Assembly (NCBI GenBank): GCA_039028615.1
Contig: JBCCHT010000013.1
Span: 160,001 to 224,000, forward strand
Direction: 5' to 3'
Length of the DNA: 64,000 bases
Source of the DNA: Myxococcota bacterium
GTDB lineage: Bacteria > Myxococcota_A > Polyangia > Nannocystales > Nannocystaceae
Program-made: the position numbers and the translations under genes
The notes under the pieces: model-generated
The model's database searches: none
Told to the model about the DNA's origin: nothing
The model's input: the letters and a program-made list of their open reading frames with translations, nothing else
In this document: in pieces, positions 27,580-36,393 of the stretch
Position numbering within the stretch: the stretch's first letter is position 1
How the letters are laid out: the number at the start of each line of letters is the position of its first letter

Positions 27580-29433
27580 TCACGGAGCAGAAGCTCCCAC
27601 ACAATGGCCGGCGTCCTGCAACTCCGCAAGATCTCTCGCGGATAGCGCACCACAGCAGGTGTCGTCGTCGAGGGTCCGGATCATCTCGTCGAGCAGGGCC
27701 CGAGGGAGCCCATGACAGCATGCGGGGCGCAGATCCTCGCGGCAAATGGGCATGACCTGGCAGCGGCCCTCGTGAGGGTCCAGGCAGGCCACACGCAGCG
27801 AGGGATTGAGATCCGTGTAGTCCAGGACGGTATCGGTGCCGGCCAGCAGCGCTGTGCCCAGGAGGCCATCGGGCTCGAGCGCGCTGGGATTGACGTCCCG
27901 GCGCAGGGCGAGCACGAGCGGGTGGTCGGCGGGCATGATCGTGGTGGGAATCCACCGAGCGGGGCGCGGCCCGGACGCGTTCGGCTGAAGAGTTCCCTCA
28001 CCGAGGACGGCCAGCGAGGTGCCGCTGGGGTCGTTGGCGTGATTTTCGCCGTCATCGTCGTCGCGCTGCGAGGAGTAGGGCGGCGAGGTGGTGCGGATGT
28101 CGTCGCCGCCGCTGCTGGCGGCCCGCGTGTATCGAACGCACTGGAGGGCGAGGGCGTCGCGGCGATCCTGGGCGCGCAGGCAGGGTTCGTCGGCTTGGCT
28201 CCGGGTGGCCCCTGGCACCAGGGCGAGGCTCCGCACCCGCAGCCGCGTGAGCGGGGTGTCTTCGCCGGCCGAGGGCCAGCCGGCGAAGTGCAGCACGCCA
28301 TCGTCGGTGCCGATGCGACAGACCCGAAGCTCGCTGTCGACCTCGGTCAATGGACTCAAGGTCTCGGGGCACTCCTCGAGGGTGCTGGGGTCGCCGAACA
28401 TTCGGGTCGCGCTGTCGGAGAAAAGCACGAGCCCGGGCACGCCCGTGGCCACCACGAGGCTGGCCGACTCACCGCCGAGCGTGGGGTCGGTGGCGTCGGT
28501 GCAGACCTCCGAGATGGCCGCCTCCGGCCCGCTCCGTAGGCCGCAACGACCCGCACCAAAGGGGTCGTCGGTCGAGGGGGCATAGGCCAGACCGCACGGG
28601 GGAATCGCGACGCAGGCGTCCATCACCATGCGCGAGCTCTGCAGGGGAATCTCGTTGGCGCTGGTGCTGAAGTCGAAACCGTCGACTTCGCACTCGCCTT
28701 CGTCGACCAGGCATCGATCGGTGAGCTCTCGGCCGAGCAAGCTGCCGGGAAACTGCAAGGGGAGGAAGGCGCGGCCCTGGTCGGCCAAGATGGCTTCGCT
28801 GCCCGGAAACTCGGTGTACAGCGTGACCGTGGCCGGGTCTTCGTCGGGGCGCGGCGGCACGGGCGTTCGAATGGCGACGGCAAAGTTGCGCAGCAGGTTG
28901 CCGCCCATGATCCCGCCGGGCTCGACCGTCTGCCGTTGGTTGCCTGCCGTCCACGACCAGCCTTCCTGATCGGGGGCGCGCACCAGCGGCAAATTGCGGA
29001 AGCGAAACCGCGTCACCGCGGCCGCTCGGTCCTCGTCGCTGACGTCCTCGGCGAGCAGGCGGGCGGCGGGGCGCACCTCGAGGCAGTCGGCGGCTTCGAT
29101 GCGCGAGCCGGTGGCGTCGGGATCACGAATGGCGCTGAGGGTGGCGAGCGAGTCCACCAGCATCATCTGGCAGGCGCGATCGCCCGAGGCGTCGCAGCCC
29201 CCGGAGAGTCCCGAGCACCCGTCGTCCACGAAGGCGAGGCGGGGCAGGGGAGACTGGTCGCCCGAGGCCAAGGCCATGGCGCGACCAAACTCGCCTTCGG
29301 TTTCGATCGGGTCGGCACCGCAGCCGAGCGCGAGCGTGGCGAGCAGGCTCGGGCCGAGCACGCGTCGCCACGGCCTGAATCTCAGGCCGTGGATCGACTC
29401 GGCCTCGGGCCGGGGGCTTGCTGCTGCCCGCAC
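27580..29433 (-). CDS. Cys-rich lipoprotein with two degenerate retropepsin-like lobes
   Basis: LALGC lipobox; MLVDSLA...GIMGGNLLRNF and LVVATGVP...DGLLGTALL; start approximate. Confidence 0.6.
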   Translation of the reverse strand: MRAAASPRPEAESIHGLRFRPWRRVLGPSLLATLALGCGADPIETEGEFGRAMALASGDQSPLPRLAFVDDGCSGLSGGCDASGDRACQMMLVDSLATLSAIRDPDATGSRIEAADCLEVRPAARLLAEDVSDEDRAAAVTRFRFRNLPLVRAPDQEGWSWTAGNQRQTVEPGGIMGGNLLRNFAVAIRTPVPPRPDEDPATVTLYTEFPGSEAILADQGRAFLPLQFPGSLLGRELTDRCLVDEGECEVDGFDFSTSANEIPLQSSRMVMDACVAIPPCGLAYAPSTDDPFGAGRCGLRSGPEAAISEVCTDATDPTLGGESASLVVATGVPGLVLFSDSATRMFGDPSTLEECPETLSPLTEVDSELRVCRIGTDDGVLHFAGWPSAGEDTPLTRLRVRSLALVPGATRSQADEPCLRAQDRRDALALQCVRYTRAASSGGDDIRTTSPPYSSQRDDDDGENHANDPSGTSLAVLGEGTLQPNASGPRPARWIPTTIMPADHPLVLALRRDVNPSALEPDGLLGTALLAGTDTVLDYTDLNPSLRVACLDPHEGRCQVMPICREDLRPACCHGLPRALLDEMIRTLDDDTCCGALSARDLAELQDAGHCVGASAP

Positions 29434-29489
29434 GTGGCGATGGTAGCAGCCCCTGGCGCGAGGCCGGAGGAGGAGCAAACGAGGCGGTC

Positions 29490-30098
29490 TCAGCCTTCGT
29501 CGGCGTCGAGGTCAGCGAGCTTCTTGTTCAGGGTGGTGATGACTTCGTCCATCCCGCCCTTTTTGTACAGCTTGTTGATCTCGTACTTGTAGTTCTTCGC
29601 GAGGCTGACGCCCTCGGTGATGATGTCGCGCACGTGCCAGTGGCCGTCGACCTTGTGCATCACGTAGTCGATCTCGACGACTTTGACCTCACCTTGCTTG
29701 TCGGTGAAGGTGACGCGGGTGTCGACCTTGGTGGCTTTTTTGCGGACGTGCTCTTCGATGTACTCGACCTTGCCGCGATCCTTGGCGTCGATGCGCTTGA
29801 GGTAGTTCTTGCGGATCAGCTGGGTGAGCAGGGCCTTGAACTCGTCGCAGCGCTCGGCGCAGCGCTCGTCGTACTTCTTGGGGCCGCCCAGCGCGGCCTT
29901 GGCGATCCAGTCGTAGTCGAGCAATCCATCGACCTTGGCCTGGACGGCGGAGCTGTCGGCGTTGGCGTCGACCAGGGTCGTGACCTCGCCGTGGGAAGTC
30001 TCGAAGGCCTGGAGCGCGCCCGCGCCACCTTCGGCCAGAGCGATGGAGGGCATCAGCAGCGCGCAGCTGAGGGAAAGAGCGGCGATGGTCTTGCGCAT
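29490..30098 (-). CDS. MlaC/Ttg2D family lipid-binding periplasmic protein
   Basis: Signal peptide; LDYDWIAKAALG, IDYVM...WHVRDIITEGVSLAKNYKYE. Confidence 0.88.
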   Translation of the reverse strand: MRKTIAALSLSCALLMPSIALAEGGAGALQAFETSHGEVTTLVDANADSSAVQAKVDGLLDYDWIAKAALGGPKKYDERCAERCDEFKALLTQLIRKNYLKRIDAKDRGKVEYIEEHVRKKATKVDTRVTFTDKQGEVKVVEIDYVMHKVDGHWHVRDIITEGVSLAKNYKYEINKLYKKGGMDEVITTLNKKLADLDADEG

Positions 30099-30220
30099 GT
30101 CGATGAGCTTTCTGAAAACCGGCGTGCGGGGGAGTCGGCTACGAAGCGGCGACTCGGGGCATCTGACGGCCCCTCCCTGCGCAGTATTCACGGAGCCGGA
30201 GCATACCCGAGTGCCCGTGA

Positions 30221-32002
30221 TCACGGCGCAGACCCGGCCGAGGCCGAAGAAGACGCTGTTTTGGGTTTCTGGGGCGCTGCCGGGGATCGCGCGATGAGCG
30301 GAGTCCCGGTCGCGCGCGCGAGACGAGCCACCGCTTCGTTGTGCGCATGAATCGCTTCCGCCTCCTCGAAGCGTTTCTGGTACCAGTTTTTGAGGATTCG
30401 CAGCAGCTCGTTGGTGTTGCCGCCGTCGCTGACGGTGTCGCGCTGCTCGAGGGAGATCACCAGCTGCCAGTTGAGCTCGGTGGCCCGGCGCGCCAGGTCG
30501 ATGCGGTGGTCGGCCTCGACGACGTCTTGGTACGCGATGGTCACGTCTTGGCCGAGGTACAGCTCGGCGGCCTCGCGCTGGTACTCCTGCATGCGCAGCT
30601 CGGCGCGGGCCTTTTGCAGGTCGAAGGCGCTGTTGTGAAAGTCCCAGCGCCAACGCAGCGCGAGCGCAGCGGTGACTCGCGAGTAGTTGAAGTTGTCCTG
30701 GTAGTAGATCTGGTTCATCTCGCGGTCGACCGCGTTCGAGAACGCAAAGCCGACGCCCACGGCGAGGCCGAGATCGGGCAGGAACGCCGCGCGGGCGAGT
30801 TTTTCTTGGGCCTCGCGAGCCTCGACTCCCGCGCGGGCCATGTGGGCCTCGGGTCGCTCGCGAATGGCAATGCGCTTGTACTCCTCGAGCGACTTGCGGC
30901 CGCCCTCGAGCACGAAGGGCTCCAGGTGGTCCTCGCGGACGTCGAAGCCCGCGGGCGCGGCACTGCCCGCGAGGTCCCACAACGCCGCCAGGGCCAGTGC
31001 CTCGGCCCGCAGCGCTTCGCGCATGAGCCCCTCGACCTCGACCTCGGCCAGCTGCACGCGCAGCAGGTCGTTGGGGTCGCGATCGGGGTTGGTGTCGTCG
31101 GGATCGGCGTCCCAGTCCTCTTCGTCTCCGCCCCCGCCCAGGTCGCCCTCGACGCGCGCCAGGGCCTTGTCGACGACCTCTTTGGCATCACGGAGGATCA
31201 CCTGGCTCTCGCGCGCCAGCATGAGCGTGGTGTGGGCCTGCAAGACGAGCTTGATCGTTTCTTGCTGGGTCTGGAGCTTCTCGAGCTCGGCCAGGGCCAG
31301 CCCCGCCTTGGCGAGCCGCTTGGCGTTGCGGATCTTGCCGAAGGTGAAGATGGGAAAGACCGCCTTGGCGTCGAAGGCCACCCGCACACCCGCCCGGCCG
31401 AGCTGGGTGAAGTAGCCCTGCACGGTGTTGAGGTCGAGGTTGGGGTCGGCCCCGGAGCGGCACCACTGGAACTGGAAGTCGTCGTAGCTCGGCGCGCCCA
31501 CGGCCCCCGTGCCGTCGAGGGAGACCCGCAGGTCGTCGCACTCGACGTTGGCCCCCGGCGACAGCGTGGTGACCGTCTCGATGATGGGCAACCACAGGAA
31601 CTTCGCCTTGCGGACCTGCGCCTTCATGGCGTCGACCTTGGCGTCGGCGGCATCGATGAGCGGGTTGGTCAGCGCGTAGCGGAGGATCTGGTCGTGGCTG
31701 AGCCGCGGGACCCCGGCCGGGCGCGGGCCGTAGGGGTCGAGCCGGTCGGCGGCGGGGAGCGCAAACGCGGAGCCGCGCGCGAGGCCCTCGACCTGCGCGG
31801 GGTCGGGGGTGGCCGCTGTGGGTTGGGGCACATCCTCGGCCGGTCGCGGGGCGGGCTTGGGAGGGTCGGGCTCGGCGGTGGCGGCGGGCTCGGTCGGGCC
31901 GACCTCGGGCGCTGCGTGCACGGAGGTGCCCAGCAACGAGACCGTTGCCACCAAGGCCGCGAGGCGAGCCGTGGCGGCGCACGAGCGCAGACGATGCGGC
32001 AT
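30221..32002 (-). CDS. TolC family outer membrane efflux protein
   Basis: Signal peptide; ALTNP, PIFTFGK, RPE...AAFLPDL, LRWRWD, terminal ARLARATG helical repeats. Confidence 0.85.
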   Translation of the reverse strand: MPHRLRSCAATARLAALVATVSLLGTSVHAAPEVGPTEPAATAEPDPPKPAPRPAEDVPQPTAATPDPAQVEGLARGSAFALPAADRLDPYGPRPAGVPRLSHDQILRYALTNPLIDAADAKVDAMKAQVRKAKFLWLPIIETVTTLSPGANVECDDLRVSLDGTGAVGAPSYDDFQFQWCRSGADPNLDLNTVQGYFTQLGRAGVRVAFDAKAVFPIFTFGKIRNAKRLAKAGLALAELEKLQTQQETIKLVLQAHTTLMLARESQVILRDAKEVVDKALARVEGDLGGGGDEEDWDADPDDTNPDRDPNDLLRVQLAEVEVEGLMREALRAEALALAALWDLAGSAAPAGFDVREDHLEPFVLEGGRKSLEEYKRIAIRERPEAHMARAGVEAREAQEKLARAAFLPDLGLAVGVGFAFSNAVDREMNQIYYQDNFNYSRVTAALALRWRWDFHNSAFDLQKARAELRMQEYQREAAELYLGQDVTIAYQDVVEADHRIDLARRATELNWQLVISLEQRDTVSDGGNTNELLRILKNWYQKRFEEAEAIHAHNEAVARLARATGTPLIARSPAAPQKPKTASSSASAGSAP

Positions 32003-32094
32003 ACGAAGATGGGTTACCGCGGAGGCAGCAGGGGATCAAGCGACGCGGATCTCATCGCTTGCGCGCCCGGATCGGGATTGTCATCGTGTGCTCC

Positions 32095-33024
32095 GTGACG
32101 GTCCGCTACGCCCTGCTTCACGAGATCCCCGGCCAGTCCCGCGCTCGCTTGCGGCTGCACGGCCCGGATACCCGGCGATTCCTTCAAGGGACCCTGACCG
32201 CGGACGTCGAGAGCCTTCGCGAAGGCCAGGCCTTGGCCGGGGCCTTGTGTACGGTCAAGGGCAAGCTGGTCACCGAGGTGGTGCTGCTCGCGGGGGCGAG
32301 CGAGGAAGAGGTCTTCGTGCTCGTGCCCGAGTCGCTGGGCGACGACATCGCGCAGCACTTCGACAAGCACATCATCATGGACGAGGTCGAGGTCGAGTCG
32401 CAGGGCTCGGTCGGGCTCGCGCTGGCATGGTCGACCGACAGCGAGGCGCCGCCGGCCATCGAGGGGCAGGCGGGCTACGTCACCCGACACCCCGCGCCGG
32501 GCCGCTTGCTCGTGGGCGACGACGCGGAGCTTCGAGGACTGCTGGCCGCGCATGAAGACGCCGGGGTCGAAGGGTGGAATGCGCACCGCGTCGCCTCCGC
32601 GTCGCCGGCGTGGGGGCAGGAGATCGAGGCCGACTTCTTCCCGCCCGAGATCGGGTTCGTCTACGCGGTGAGCTACGACAAGGGCTGCTTCCTTGGGCAG
32701 GAACCCCTGGCGCGGATCCATGCGCGGGGGCAGGTCAACCGGGTGATGGTGCGGGTCAAAGCCGCGGCCGCGCCCACCGAGGCCGTGGCCATTGGCACCG
32801 CGGACAAGCCCAACAGCGGGCGCTGGACGACCTGGGCCTCCGTCGACGACGGGGTGCAGGGGCTGGCGATCGTGCGCCGAGCGGTGGCCGAGGCCGGCAC
32901 CCCGCTCGTGTCCGTCGGCGACTCGCCGATCGAGCTCGAGGTGGTGAGCGGACCGCTGGGCGACGACCCCGGGGTCGGCAACCGCAAGCGCTCGGCCACC
33001 GTGAAGCTCGGCGGCCGACGCTGA
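32095..33024 (+). CDS. ygfZ: YgfZ/GcvT folate-binding Fe-S repair protein
   Basis: GPDTRRFLQGTLT and signature KGCFLGQE; start approximate. Confidence 0.88.
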   Translation: MTVRYALLHEIPGQSRARLRLHGPDTRRFLQGTLTADVESLREGQALAGALCTVKGKLVTEVVLLAGASEEEVFVLVPESLGDDIAQHFDKHIIMDEVEVESQGSVGLALAWSTDSEAPPAIEGQAGYVTRHPAPGRLLVGDDAELRGLLAAHEDAGVEGWNAHRVASASPAWGQEIEADFFPPEIGFVYAVSYDKGCFLGQEPLARIHARGQVNRVMVRVKAAAAPTEAVAIGTADKPNSGRWTTWASVDDGVQGLAIVRRAVAEAGTPLVSVGDSPIELEVVSGPLGDDPGVGNRKRSATVKLGGRR

Positions 33025-33030
33025 GCGCGG

Positions 33031-34443
33031 TTAGAGCCCGAACGCCTCTTGGCGCGCGGAGTCTTCGATCACCGCCGCCGCGGCATCGTGGCCGCTCTGA
33101 CACGCCGACTCGATGGTCGCGGGCAAGCCCGTGCGGACCCAGTCGCCGCCGAGCAGCAGGCCCGGCACCGGGCTGCGCGTGGGCGGACGCCACTGGTAGG
33201 TGCCCGCGGCGTGCCCGATGGTGGCTCTGCGCTCCTTGATGATCTTGTGGCCTCGCAGCTGCACCGGGCGATCGGGGAAGAAGCGCGCCAGCTCGGCCTT
33301 GGCCATCTCCAGGAGCGTCGAGGGGCGGTCGTCGACCATCCCGCGGGCGCCCGAGATCGTGCAGTTGAGCAGCGTGTCGCCGCCGACCTGACCTTCGATG
33401 CGGCTGCGGTCGAACAGCCAGTGCAGCGGGCTGCTGATGAGCCCCACGAAGGGCGCGTCGATGAAGGGCGACCGGTCGAGCATCATCCACACGTTGATGA
33501 TGGGCGAGGTGGTCAGCCGGGCGACGTCTTGGAAGATGGGGTGACGCCGGGCCGAGTCGGGCAGGGCGTCGAGCAAGGGCTGGGGCGGCACCGTGCTCAC
33601 CACCGTGCGGGTGGCGATGCGCTCGCCGGAACGAAGCACGATGCCACAGACCCCGCGGTCGTCGGTCTCGATGGCGCGCATCGGCTGGCCCATGCGCAGC
33701 TCGACGCCGCGGCGCCGCAGCAGATCGAGCGCATCGTCGACGTACAGGCGTGAAAGCGGCAGGCGGGGCACGCCGAGCCGAGAGTCGTCGCGGGTGCCGA
33801 GGAAGGCCCGCTCGATCACCGCGACCAGCATCGCGGCCGAGGCCACCAGCGGGTCGTCGTTGAGCACGGCCCAGATGAGCGGGTCCCAGAAGGCGCTGCG
33901 GATGCCCTGGGTCTGCCCCAGGCGCGTCAGCCAGGCGTCGCAGGTCTCGTTGTCGTCGGGGCGCTGGACCTCGCCGCGCAGCATGACGCCGGCCCGCAGC
34001 GCGGACGCCTTGTGCAGCAGGCCCAGGCCGCGCATCGAGGCCAGCCCGGCCGCGAGGTGGAAGGGGGCGGGCAGGGCTGGGCAGCGCAGGCGCACGCGAC
34101 CACCCCCCGGGCGCACCATGTCGACCGCGAGGTTGCGCTGGAACTCGATGCTGTCGTCCTTGCCGATGGCCCGCAAAAACGCGAGCGTCTCGCGGTAGCA
34201 CCCCATCAGCAGGTGCTGGCCGTTGTCGAGCTCGAGGCCGGAGGCAGAGTGGGTGAACGAGCGCGAGCGTCCGCCACCGCCACCGGTCGCCTCGACCACG
34301 ATCACGCGGCGACCACTGCCGACCAGGCGGATGGCGGCACTGAGTCCGGCGAAGCCGGCTCCGACCACCACCACGGGCGGCGCTTGTTCGTCCTGGCCCC
34401 CGCGGTTGCCCTGGCGGAAGGACGTGTCGGTGGGACCGTCCAT
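33031..34443 (-). CDS. hpnE: Hydroxysqualene dehydroxylase
   Basis: GAGFAGLSAA, GGRSRSF, DNGQHLLMGCY, GDWVRTGLPATIESACQSG; follows hpnCD. Confidence 0.93.
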   Translation of the reverse strand: MDGPTDTSFRQGNRGGQDEQAPPVVVVGAGFAGLSAAIRLVGSGRRVIVVEATGGGGGRSRSFTHSASGLELDNGQHLLMGCYRETLAFLRAIGKDDSIEFQRNLAVDMVRPGGGRVRLRCPALPAPFHLAAGLASMRGLGLLHKASALRAGVMLRGEVQRPDDNETCDAWLTRLGQTQGIRSAFWDPLIWAVLNDDPLVASAAMLVAVIERAFLGTRDDSRLGVPRLPLSRLYVDDALDLLRRRGVELRMGQPMRAIETDDRGVCGIVLRSGERIATRTVVSTVPPQPLLDALPDSARRHPIFQDVARLTTSPIINVWMMLDRSPFIDAPFVGLISSPLHWLFDRSRIEGQVGGDTLLNCTISGARGMVDDRPSTLLEMAKAELARFFPDRPVQLRGHKIIKERRATIGHAAGTYQWRPPTRSPVPGLLLGGDWVRTGLPATIESACQSGHDAAAAVIEDSARQEAFGL

Positions 34444-34447
34444 GGCG

Positions 34448-35380
34448 CTACCAGGGAAGCCCGGTACGGGCGATGGCCAGCGCGGCCACCTTGAGCTTGT
34501 CGCGGCGACGCAGGGCGGCCCGACGCGTGAACACGTTGAAGTTCCGGGTTCGGATCTCCTGGAGGATCCGATAGTAGGTGCGGCCCATGATCTCGGCCGG
34601 CAGCAGGGCTCGCCCGTCCGCCTCGCTCAGGGCGTTCCAGGCCCGTCGGTACTCGCGCTCGGCCGCATCGGCGAAATCGCTGGCCATGGCCACGAAGCGA
34701 TGATCGTAGCGCTGCTGGACGATGTCTTCGTCGGTCAGCCCGTGGCGATGCAGCAGGTCTTGCGGCAGGTAGATGCGGCCCCGGACGGCGTCTTCGGCCA
34801 CGTCGCGCAGGATGTTGGTGTACTGCAGGGCCAGGCCGAGGTGCTCGGCGTAGCGGCGGGCGGCCTCGCTCTGGTCACCGAACAGCGCGACGCACAGGAA
34901 CCCCACGCACGACGCGACGCGGTAGCAATAAAGGCGCAGCGCCTCGAGGTCCTCGTAGCGGTCGCGCTCGAGGTCCATGGCCACCCCGGCGATGATCTCG
35001 TCGAAGGCCTCGCGCGGGTATTCGAACAAGCGGTTGGTGCGTCGTAGCCCGCGGCCGAGGTCGGTGCGCGGCGGGTCGTTCTCGACGTAGGCGTCGCCGT
35101 AGATCCGCGAGACCTCGGCGCTCCACTCGGACAGCTGGCGGCGAGCGAGGGCATCGCCGGCCGGCCCGGGCTCGCGCTCGTCGACGATGTCGTCCACGAC
35201 GCGGCAGAACTCGTAGACCATGCCGAGTCCCTCGGCGCGCTCGGGCCCCAGGAACAGGAACGCGAACTTGAAGTTCGACGAGGAGCGCTCGGTCATGCGG
35301 CGCAGCAGGCCGGACACCCCGGTGGGGGCGGGCTCCGCTTCGCTGGTGGCCTGGGCTGGGTTGGCGGTCGCTTCGTTCAT
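34448..35380 (-). CDS. hpnD: Presqualene diphosphate synthase
   Basis: SSNF, YEFCRVVDDIVD, YCYRVAS, ALQYTNILRDV.ED..RGRIYLP. Confidence 0.9.
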   Translation of the reverse strand: MNEATANPAQATSEAEPAPTGVSGLLRRMTERSSSNFKFAFLFLGPERAEGLGMVYEFCRVVDDIVDEREPGPAGDALARRQLSEWSAEVSRIYGDAYVENDPPRTDLGRGLRRTNRLFEYPREAFDEIIAGVAMDLERDRYEDLEALRLYCYRVASCVGFLCVALFGDQSEAARRYAEHLGLALQYTNILRDVAEDAVRGRIYLPQDLLHRHGLTDEDIVQQRYDHRFVAMASDFADAAEREYRRAWNALSEADGRALLPAEIMGRTYYRILQEIRTRNFNVFTRRAALRRRDKLKVAALAIARTGLPW

Positions 35381-35384
35381 GACC

Positions 35385-36359
35385 TCAGGCCTCTCCTCGC
35401 CACAAGCGGCGACCGAACGAGAACAGCGAGCGGACCGCGATGCCGGCCATGTCCCGCTTCTCGAGGGTGGGGCGATGGCCGAGGGTCTGGAAGTCGAGGT
35501 CCTCGATGCGCTGCAGCACCGCCATGCCGCCCCGCCACGTGGCCTCGAGCTCCATCGACAGCCCGGGGGACACCCGACGAATCAGCGGACGACCCCGGTA
35601 GAACATCGAGCGCACCCGCGAGACGGAAAAGCGCATGAGTTCCTGGAACTCGGCGGTGGAGCGCCCCGCCAGCAGGTCCTCGTGGGAGACCCCGAAGTGC
35701 ACCAAGTCCTCCTCGGGGAGGTAGATGCGCCCGCGGGGGATGTCGACCGACAGGTCCTGCAGGAAGTTGGCGATCTGCAGGGCGCTGCAGATTTCGTCGC
35801 TGAAGCGGTGCAGCGCCGGATCGCGGTGACCGTGCACGAAGAGCACCAGCTGCCCCACCGGGTTGGCCGAGTACGAGCAGTAGTGGAGGACCTCGCGGAA
35901 CCCGGTATAGCGGTGCTTGGTCAGGTCCATGCGGAAGGCGGTGAGCAGCGCCTTGAGCGGACCGATGGGGATGTTGTGGCGGCGCACCGTGTCGCGCAGG
36001 GCGAGGAAGACCGGGTGCTGGACGTCGCGGTGGAAGCAGGCCTCGAGCAGCTGCTCCCAGGCGTCGAGGGCTTCGCGGCGGCGACCTTCGAAGCGTGGCT
36101 CATCGGCGAAGTCGTCGGCCGAGCGCGCGAAGGCATAGACCGCGGCGATATGCGGCCGCAGGTGCGCGGGCAGGAACTTCGAGGCGACGGGGAAGTTCTC
36201 GTAGTGGGTCGAGGCCATGCGCTCGCACCAGCGATACGCATTGGTCTTGGTCCACGGCCCGGGAGGGGCCCCGTCGGGGGGGTTGAACCGATCGCTCTCG
36301 TCGTCGGCCGCCGGCCGGGTGGGCACGCAGTACAAGCGAGGTTCGGTGGCGTTGACCAT
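35385..36359 (-). CDS. hpnC: Squalene synthase HpnC (hydroxysqualene synthase)
   Basis: HYENFPVAS, FARSADDFADE, SANPVG, ALQIANFLQD. Confidence 0.93.
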   Translation of the reverse strand: MVNATEPRLYCVPTRPAADDESDRFNPPDGAPPGPWTKTNAYRWCERMASTHYENFPVASKFLPAHLRPHIAAVYAFARSADDFADEPRFEGRRREALDAWEQLLEACFHRDVQHPVFLALRDTVRRHNIPIGPLKALLTAFRMDLTKHRYTGFREVLHYCSYSANPVGQLVLFVHGHRDPALHRFSDEICSALQIANFLQDLSVDIPRGRIYLPEEDLVHFGVSHEDLLAGRSTAEFQELMRFSVSRVRSMFYRGRPLIRRVSPGLSMELEATWRGGMAVLQRIEDLDFQTLGHRPTLEKRDMAGIAVRSLFSFGRRLWRGEA

Positions 36360-36393
36360 GACAGGGCTCCTTCGTGAGGGAAAATAGATAGGC

